A stretch of DNA of 32,000 bases from the NCBI RefSeq assembly GCF_009557235.1, contig NZ_CP045650.1, forward strand, positions 1,380,001 through 1,412,000, in the 5' to 3' direction. The DNA is from Acinetobacter wanghuae. GTDB lineage: Bacteria; Pseudomonadota; Gammaproteobacteria; Pseudomonadales; Moraxellaceae. Positions 25,715 to 32,000 of this stretch are shown one piece after another (position 1 is the stretch's first letter; every line of letters starts with the position of its first letter). Under the pieces are notes generated by a model, which worked only from the letters and a program-made list of their open reading frames with translations, was not told where the DNA came from and did no database searches. The position numbers and the translations under genes were made by a program.

Positions 25715-26878
25715 TTATAAGAACTTCGCTTTCAGTCCTTGAACCAAAGATTTCGCTGTTGAAACTTTGTCTTTTACCTGTGCTGTCCAATCATTTGGCA
25801 ATGAACATTCTGCTAAGCGCACCCAGACTGTCGAGAACTGTTTCATAAAACTTGCTTCGTTATAATTCAGTCCATATTCAGCACACAGTGCTTTAATTTT
25901 AGGCGCAACTTCTGCATAACGGTTGGCAGGCATATCAGGGAACAAATGATGTTCTATTTGATGGCTCAAATTACCACTTAAAATATGCAACCATGTTGTT
26001 CCAGTAAAGTTACTTGAACCACGAATCTGACGGACATACCATTCAGCACGTGTTTCATTATCCACATTATCAAGTTCAAAGTTTTCTGCATCTTCAGTGA
26101 AATGACCATTAAAGATCACAGCAGATGCCCAAAGGCTGCGGATGACATTGGCAACGGCGTTTCCAGCAAATACAGGAATCGCGTTTGGTCCTGCAATCAG
26201 TGGGAAAAACACATAATCTTTCACCACCTGACGGCGCATTTTTTTGCGTAATGGCGCAGCCTCTTCCCAAACTTGTTTCCATGTTTTAGTTTTATAGACC
26301 AGAGCATCTTCTAAATGCAGACGTTGTAGACCGACGTACCATTCAAAGAACACCATCAATTGAATGCCGAGTGGAATATTAAATAGGAAACGGGGTTCCC
26401 ATTTTTGTGCATCGCTGACACGTACCAAACCATAGCCAACATCGTGATCCATACCCACAATATTGGTATAGGTATGATGGATATAGTTATGGGTATATTT
26501 CCAATCATCACCCGTAGCAATTGTATCCCAGTCGTAGGTTGTACCATTTAATGAGGGATCATTTAACCAGTCAAATTGTCCATGCATGACGTTGTGACCA
26601 AGTTCCATATTTTCGACAATTTTAGAAATACCAAGTAAGCCTGTGCCTAACAACCAGACTGGCGGCAACCAACCCGCGAACATCAACATCCCACGCGATG
26701 CAATCTCACTATAGCGAACGAAATCACGAATTTTATAAATATAATTCGCATCTTTTTCACCTAGATCATCCATCACTTCACGACGGATGGCTTCAATTTT
26801 TTCACCCAGCTCTTGGGTTTGTTCTGGGGTTAGAAATTTAGATTTACTGTTCGGATTTAACTGGATACTCATGTTCAT
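25715..26878 (-). CDS. Membrane fatty-acid (acyl-CoA/acyl-lipid) desaturase, DesB-like
   Basis: Three His boxes (HNVMHGQ, HNYIHHTYTN, HQIEHHLFP). Paired with an upstream reductase gene. Confidence 0.9.
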   Translation of the reverse strand: MNMSIQLNPNSKSKFLTPEQTQELGEKIEAIRREVMDDLGEKDANYIYKIRDFVRYSEIASRGMLMFAGWLPPVWLLGTGLLGISKIVENMELGHNVMHGQFDWLNDPSLNGTTYDWDTIATGDDWKYTHNYIHHTYTNIVGMDHDVGYGLVRVSDAQKWEPRFLFNIPLGIQLMVFFEWYVGLQRLHLEDALVYKTKTWKQVWEEAAPLRKKMRRQVVKDYVFFPLIAGPNAIPVFAGNAVANVIRSLWASAVIFNGHFTEDAENFELDNVDNETRAEWYVRQIRGSSNFTGTTWLHILSGNLSHQIEHHLFPDMPANRYAEVAPKIKALCAEYGLNYNEASFMKQFSTVWVRLAECSLPNDWTAQVKDKVSTAKSLVQGLKAKFL

Positions 26879-26896
26879 GCGATCACCTCATTCTTT

Positions 26897-27919
26897 TTAT
26901 AAGTTAATTACAACAGGACTGATGGCTTGAGAAATACACAGTTTAATCGGCGTATTTTCTTCGTGATCAATTTCACCTGTTAACACATTACGGACTGAAC
27001 CACTGACTTTCGTACACGAACAGGTATTGCAAATGCCCATGCGACAACCATGCGCTGGTTTTAATCCTGCTTGCTCTGCACTTTCTAACAAATTACTTTT
27101 GGCTTGAAAATCTTGCTGAGATCTTAAAAATTGCACGGGCTGTGCTTCAAGCGATTCATCCACCACAATTTGGAAAAATTCACTGTGATAATGATCATTC
27201 ATTTCAAATTTGCGCATGATCTTTTCAACACTTTGCATCATGCCTGTTGAACCACAGGCATAGATTTCGCATTGCGTGAAATCAGCAATGAGTTTCTTGA
27301 GCAACGCTTGGGTTAAATACTGCTTTTCTTCTAGCGTATTAATATGATGATAACGGAAATGCGGTGAAACCAACGCTAAAGTTTTTAACTCTGCATGGAA
27401 TGCATCATCCCGTGTAAAATAAATTAAATCAATATCTTGATTGGTTTGTGCCACCGCTTTTTGTAATAAAGAATAAATCGCCGTGATCCCACTGCCCGAG
27501 GCTAAAAACAGCATCGGACGTGCATTTGATTTCAGTACAAAGTCACCTTGCGGTTGCGATATTTCAACGACAACACCAACTGATAATGCACTTAACATAC
27601 GCGACACTTTGCCTTGTTGTTTAACCGCAATAATCACATCGCCATTTTCTAAAATGGTCACGACTGAATAATGACGTTGATGACGAACACCACCAATACG
27701 CAGCGTAACAGCGATACTTTGACCTGCTTGAAAGCTGGCTGCTTTGAAATTTTGATTCGGGCGCAGTTGAATTTTAAAGAAATCTGGGCTGACGGCTTGA
27801 ATTGTTATGATTTCAGCTTTGACTTTCTTAAATGCCCATGTTGGATGTATTTTTTCAGCAACGAAATCGATGAAATCTTCGCGTACCCATTCAGGCTTAT
27901 ATGTATTCAAACTTGTCAT
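26897..27919 (-). CDS. Ferredoxin-NAD(P) reductase-type oxidoreductase with C-terminal 2Fe-2S domain (DesC-like desaturase partner)
   Basis: RHYSV FAD motif, LFLASGSGITAI NAD(P)-binding motif, and C-terminal CRMGICNTCSC…C cluster motif. ATG 27919 is preceded by a G-rich SD and is preferred over TTG 27934. Confidence 0.9.
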   Translation of the reverse strand: MTSLNTYKPEWVREDFIDFVAEKIHPTWAFKKVKAEIITIQAVSPDFFKIQLRPNQNFKAASFQAGQSIAVTLRIGGVRHQRHYSVVTILENGDVIIAVKQQGKVSRMLSALSVGVVVEISQPQGDFVLKSNARPMLFLASGSGITAIYSLLQKAVAQTNQDIDLIYFTRDDAFHAELKTLALVSPHFRYHHINTLEEKQYLTQALLKKLIADFTQCEIYACGSTGMMQSVEKIMRKFEMNDHYHSEFFQIVVDESLEAQPVQFLRSQQDFQAKSNLLESAEQAGLKPAHGCRMGICNTCSCTKVSGSVRNVLTGEIDHEENTPIKLCISQAISPVVINL

Positions 27920-27957
27920 ATGTCTTGCCCCCAAATTAGCGACAGTAATTAATGTAC

Positions 27958-27994
27958 AACTGTCTATTATTGTTTAGGTTCAGAATAGACTGTT
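27958..27994. promoter_or_regulatory. Candidate operator: 11-bp inverted repeat with 15-nt spacer upstream of the reductase-desaturase operon
   Basis: AACTGTCTATT (27958-27968) and AATAGACTGTT (27984-27994) are 10/11 complementary. Lies 39-75 nt upstream of ATG 27919. Confidence 0.35.
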
Positions 27995-28090
27995 TTTGTA
28001 AACACACCATGTCAATAGAGGTCAAATTGTTCAATAAATGATAATTTTTACTTAGATTGTCTAACAATATTGCGCTGTTGCGTGCTGCAT

Positions 28091-28116
28091 AAAAAAGACC
28101 TCATATTGAGGTCTTT
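28091..28116 (-). terminator. Rho-independent terminator of the acyl-CoA synthetase gene
   Basis: AAGACCTCA-TAT-TGAGGTCTT hairpin followed on the minus strand by TTTTTT. Confidence 0.8.
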
Positions 28117-28152
28117 CACATTGCATCAGAATAAAGAACAATTGTTCAGCGG

Positions 28153-29781
28153 TTAAGATTCGAGTAAGACACGCCCAAATTGCTCACGCAGATCTTTTTT
28201 CAGCATTTTGCCTGTTCCACTTAAAGGAATAGCATCAACAAAGATGACCTTGTCTGGAATCTGCCATTTCGCAACTTTATCTGCGTAAAACTCGAGAACT
28301 TCCTCTTCAGTCAATTGTGATTCAGGCTTTTTAATGGCAATGAGGATCGGACGTTCGTCCCACTTCGGATGTTCAGCTGCAATGACCGCAGCCATCGCAA
28401 TTTCAGGATGTCCCATTGCCATGTTTTCTAAATCAACCGATGAAATCCACTCACCGCCCGATTTAATAAGATCTTTAGAGCGATCGCTAATTTTTAAGAA
28501 ACCATCGGCATCTAAAGTGGCAATATCACCAGTATCAAACCATCCGTCTGCAGTCAGTGCTGATTCTTCTTTGCCAAAATAATTGTTTAAAATCCATGAT
28601 CCTTTAATCTGTAAGTTACCCGTGGTGACGCCATCACGTGCAATTTCATGTGTGCCATTTTCAGCATCGGTTAAGCGTAAATCGACCCCAAATGGCGGAC
28701 GACCTTGCGATAAGCGAAGATTGAAACGTTCTTCTTCTGAAAGGCCTAAATGCTTGGCTTTAATTTGGTTCGCTGAGCCTAAAGGACTAGTTTCCGTCAT
28801 GCCCCATGCGTGAATCGTTTCGCAATTAAATTGTTCTTTAAAGGTTTTGAGCATTGATGGTGGGCATGCAGAACCGCCTACGACATTACGTTTCAAGCTT
28901 TCAAGTGTTGAACCTGATTGCATGGCTGCTGCAATTAAGCCTTGCCAAATGGTCGGAACACCAAGCGCCACGGATACTTTATAGGTATCAATTAAGCTCA
29001 CTAAACTCGCGCCGTCTAAACCCGGTCCTGGCAGCACCAATGTACATCCCACCATCGCTGCGGCATACGGTGTTCCCCATGCATTGACATGGAACATCGG
29101 CACAACAGGCAGCATAATTTCACGTGCTGATAGATTAAGTGAGTCCGGCATAATAATGCCATAGCTATGCAATACAGTTGAACGATGGCTATACAACACA
29201 CCTTTTGGATGACCTGTGGTGCCTGAGGTATAACAGAGCGAACTCGCGGCATTTTCATTGAGTAATGGCCAATCAAATGTGGCTGGCTGCTCTGCAATCA
29301 AATCATCATAGAATTTCACTTCTGGTATGGCTTCACGGATTGCGTCGTCTGCTGCATCTAAACAAATGAAATGCTCGACTTTAGTAAGAAGTGGCTTCAC
29401 CGCTTTAATCAATGGCGTAAACGTTTTATCAAATAACACTACGCGATCGGATGCATCATTAATGATAAAGACCAATTGTTCGGGGAATAAACGTGGATTA
29501 ATGGTATGACAGACCAAGCCACTGCCTGAAATGGCATACCAAGACTCTAAGTGACGATGATTATTCCATGCAATGGTTGCCACACGATCGGCATGGGCTA
29601 ATCCTAAAGCAGATAACGCGTTGGCAAAACGTTTCGAATTTTGATGAACCTCACCCCAATTGGTGATGGTCATATTGGTATCTGTATTTTTAGAAATGAC
29701 TTGAGTATCGGCATGATAACGACCCGCATGTTCAATCATGCTGCTAATCAATAGCGGTTGAAACATCATATTACCAAGCAT
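28153..29781 (-). CDS. Fatty-acid--CoA ligase (AMP-binding superfamily)
   Basis: 542 aa with AMP-binding signature LCYTSGTTGHPKGV, the TGD…DR.KD region (WFDTGDIATLDADGFLKISDRSKDLIKSGGEWIS) and a terminal GK. Confidence 0.92.
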   Translation of the reverse strand: MLGNMMFQPLLISSMIEHAGRYHADTQVISKNTDTNMTITNWGEVHQNSKRFANALSALGLAHADRVATIAWNNHRHLESWYAISGSGLVCHTINPRLFPEQLVFIINDASDRVVLFDKTFTPLIKAVKPLLTKVEHFICLDAADDAIREAIPEVKFYDDLIAEQPATFDWPLLNENAASSLCYTSGTTGHPKGVLYSHRSTVLHSYGIIMPDSLNLSAREIMLPVVPMFHVNAWGTPYAAAMVGCTLVLPGPGLDGASLVSLIDTYKVSVALGVPTIWQGLIAAAMQSGSTLESLKRNVVGGSACPPSMLKTFKEQFNCETIHAWGMTETSPLGSANQIKAKHLGLSEEERFNLRLSQGRPPFGVDLRLTDAENGTHEIARDGVTTGNLQIKGSWILNNYFGKEESALTADGWFDTGDIATLDADGFLKISDRSKDLIKSGGEWISSVDLENMAMGHPEIAMAAVIAAEHPKWDERPILIAIKKPESQLTEEEVLEFYADKVAKWQIPDKVIFVDAIPLSGTGKMLKKDLREQFGRVLLES

Positions 29782-30014
29782 GCTTATACTCCTATTTATT
29801 TGTTATTTATCCATTTTTTAATTGGTTGAAATTATATTTAAACTTTTATATATAGATACAAGGTGTGATCTATAAAATGGTTTTCATGCTTTGAATGTAG
29901 CAAGGAATGAAAGGTTTGTAAGTATCTAATTGTGACAATTGAGTCAATTATTTTGGAAAGCTTAATATTGTTGAATATGCAGATGCACTCCTGCTAGTAA
30001 CATCATCCACGTAT

Positions 30015-30902
30015 TTATGCCCAAATGACTAACATTGCAGCAATAACCACTAAGGCTAAACCCCAATGCTCTGCGCGGGCTAATTTTTCTTTAAAGAAGT
30101 AAGCGGAAATGATTAAGCTAAATAGAATTTCGATCTGACCTAGGGTTTTAACTACAGGCACACTGACCATACTCATGGCAGTGAACCAACCAAGTGATGC
30201 CATAAAGCTACAGATGCTCACCTTTAGCGTCAGTCCTATGCGTTGCCACATCGCGACTAAGGTTTTTCGGCTAAATAGACTGAGATAAAGCAACATGGTT
30301 ATGCATTGAAAACCAATCACGGACACCAACACCCATGAAGCACGATGCATAAATGGTAAATTGCTCAGCTCTAAACTGGCTTCACGTACCAAAAGTGAGG
30401 TAATGGCGAAACTTAAGCCACTCCCAATGCCGATCATTAATGTTTTGCTTGATAAACCTGTAACTTGATTGCCTTTACTCAGTAAAAATACGGCGTAACC
30501 CCCGATCAAAACACCAATCCATGCTAAAAAGGAAAGATGATCGGAGAGAAAAATAACACCAATAATTGCAGCTAAAATGGCTTCACTTTTGGCAAGTCCA
30601 ACACCAATGGCAAAGTTCTTTTGTTTAAAGAGTTGTACCATCAATACCGTAGCTAAAATTTGGCTTACCCCTGCAATGAAAATATACATCCAATACTTCG
30701 GGGTGAAATGCACCACACCTTCGACAGGTTGTACGTGATAGAGCCATTCGATATAGGCAAATGCCAGCGGAAAACCAAATAAGAATCGGGCTAGCGTTAC
30801 GCCCCAGACATCGACAGTTGAACTTAGTTGTTTTTGAAATGCATTACGCCATGCCTGCATAAATGCAGCCATTAAGGTAAACAAGATCCAACTCATTGGC
30901 AT
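30015..30902 (-). CDS. EamA/DMT-family transporter
   Basis: 295 aa with about 10 hydrophobic helices in two similar halves, typical of EamA-repeat proteins. Confidence 0.85.
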   Translation of the reverse strand: MPMSWILFTLMAAFMQAWRNAFQKQLSSTVDVWGVTLARFLFGFPLAFAYIEWLYHVQPVEGVVHFTPKYWMYIFIAGVSQILATVLMVQLFKQKNFAIGVGLAKSEAILAAIIGVIFLSDHLSFLAWIGVLIGGYAVFLLSKGNQVTGLSSKTLMIGIGSGLSFAITSLLVREASLELSNLPFMHRASWVLVSVIGFQCITMLLYLSLFSRKTLVAMWQRIGLTLKVSICSFMASLGWFTAMSMVSVPVVKTLGQIEILFSLIISAYFFKEKLARAEHWGLALVVIAAMLVIWA

Positions 30903-31002
30903 ATCACTATTTGTACTTCATTCGTCACTAAATTTTATGCTTTTGAGTTGGAGATGACTAATTAAAAAAGGGTTTAAAGTTAATAGCAGAAAGTTTGGAT
31001 AA

Positions 31003-31665
31003 TCATCTTACATGTGTAGTATTTTTTAAAATATTGTAATCATCTGCCTGAATTACTTCATTTTCAAACTTCCCAGTTTTTAATTGAAAGAATTCCCCCC
31101 ATTCTTTTCCCAGATAATTTACAAAATTAGCCAAATGAGTGTTATTTTCTTGCTTATATGCAGGTGCCCATACTTGGTTGGCTATTTGATTACCTATATC
31201 AATATAAGTATTCATAGTCATGAGTACAAAACCGTCAATACAGGAAAATTCTTCTTTATATAACAAAAAACAAATTGCTTCGAAAAGCTCATTAAATTCG
31301 ACACTTTCAACGCCATCGATAATTAAAATAGCGATACCATGAGCCTCTATATTTTTAGAAAATTTTTTTGTTGATTTAATTTGGCTATTAGCTTTTTTTA
31401 AAGTTCTGCGTATAGGTTCATATTTAATTTGGAAAATTTTTCTCTTTTGCCAATTCGTTAATAAGCTTAAATTAAATAGCGCTGGAAAATTCAATTCCCC
31501 TTTTTCTAACCATTTCATCAATTGCTTCTCAACCTTAGGAGATAATTGATTAATTTCCGCAAAATCGGACTGCAAACTTTTCAATTCAATGATTACATTT
31601 TGGTTATTGAAGTAATAGTCTGCATTTTCAAATTGAGGATTCCCTTCTATGGTATTCTTGATCAA
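31003..31665 (-). CDS. Hypothetical protein with PD-(D/E)xK-like motif; possibly frameshifted (upstream ATG at 31745 in another frame)
   Basis: 220-aa ORF beginning at TTG in a very AT-rich stretch. ADYYFNNQNVIIELKS forms a D-x10-E-x-K beta-hairpin-like motif. A 27-codon ATG-initiated ORF (31662..31745) ends overlapping the TTG at a T4 run. Confidence 0.55.
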   Translation of the reverse strand: MIKNTIEGNPQFENADYYFNNQNVIIELKSLQSDFAEINQLSPKVEKQLMKWLEKGELNFPALFNLSLLTNWQKRKIFQIKYEPIRRTLKKANSQIKSTKKFSKNIEAHGIAILIIDGVESVEFNELFEAICFLLYKEEFSCIDGFVLMTMNTYIDIGNQIANQVWAPAYKQENNTHLANFVNYLGKEWGEFFQLKTGKFENEVIQADDYNILKNTTHVR

Positions 31666-31815
31666 AACCCACTTACAGATTCAACAAATTCATCAAATAC
31701 TTTTTCAGTATTAAACGTATGTTTTAGTCCACTTTTATTGTACATTTTCAATATAATTCACCATTTTTATTGATTATATAATATTTAAAACTCCTAATTA
31801 TTCCCCTCATCCTAA

Positions 31816-31959
31816 CCTTCTCCCAAAGGGAGAAGGAATATACCTCTTTTTAAATTGATTGTTTTTACCTCTCCTTTAAGGAGAGGGTCAGGGAGAGGTA
31901 AAATCCCTCCTAACCTCCCTTTATTAAAGGGAGGAAAGTCCCTCTTTCCCAAAGAGGGA
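31816..31959 (+). repeat. Cluster of four hairpin-forming pyrimidine-arm/purine-arm palindromes (REP/MITE-like)
   Basis: Hairpin 1 is CCTTCTCCC-AAA-GGGAGAAGG (31816-31836). Hairpin 2 is CCTCTCC-TTTAA-GGAGAGG (31868-31886), with a second right arm GGAGAGGTA at 31892-31900. Hairpin 3 is CCTCCCTTTA-T-TAAAGGGAGG (31914-31934). Hairpin 4 is TCCCTCTTT-CCC-AAAGAGGGA (31939-31959). Confidence 0.8.
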
Positions 31960-32000
31960 TTTAGGGAGATTACTAAAACAAAAAATACCTTTGCGCCATT

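Noticed and set aside
29928-29940. 13-bp palindrome AATTGT-G-ACAATT about 150 nt upstream of the acyl-CoA ligase gene
   Set aside because: It is short and AT-rich in an AT-rich spacer, so a chance occurrence is plausible. There is no second site and no recognisable regulator motif.
31816-31959. Possibility that the hairpin cluster is a CRISPR array
   Set aside because: The four palindromes differ from each other in sequence and length. Their spacing is irregular (about 5-30 nt), there are no unique spacers of 25-40 nt, and no cas genes are visible.

Overview
AT-rich gammaproteobacterial chromosome segment. Gene content and order look Acinetobacter-like, but that is my inference, not a search result. 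Bases 1-4.4 kb hold the right arm of a prophage: a virion protein fragment, a tailspike with a P22-like head-binding module fused to a pectate-lyase-type depolymerase, a small terminator-insulated ORF, a holin, a GH108 endolysin and overlapped Rz/Rz1-type spanins. Next come a GalE-like SDR whose YxxxK lysine is replaced, and fumC preceded by a Fur-box-like palindrome. An AT-rich accessory patch at 7.1-9.4 kb follows, where a 916-bp IS5-superfamily element has split a small membrane-anchored ORF. After that come a nitroreductase, a DUF2185/Imm33-like gene coupled to an exported protein, and a YbfF-like esterase. The next block looks stress-related: otsB-otsA, an MFS transporter, a tightly overlapped four-gene operon and the large-subunit catalase katE. 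The four-gene operon encodes an ACAD-fold protein, an LmbE/PIG-L deacetylase, a NodS-like methyltransferase and a small GT2. I cannot assign it to any characterised pathway, and it is my best candidate for an undescribed system. The rest is a MASE1-like GGEEF diguanylate cyclase, CzcD, a DesB/DesC-like desaturase-reductase pair, an acyl-CoA synthetase and an EamA transporter. The window ends with an AT-rich orphan ORF carrying a PD-(D/E)xK-like motif, then a cluster of four pyrimidine-arm/purine-arm hairpins. I saw no rRNA, tRNA or CRISPR array. All family calls rest on motifs read by eye and need HMM or BLAST confirmation.
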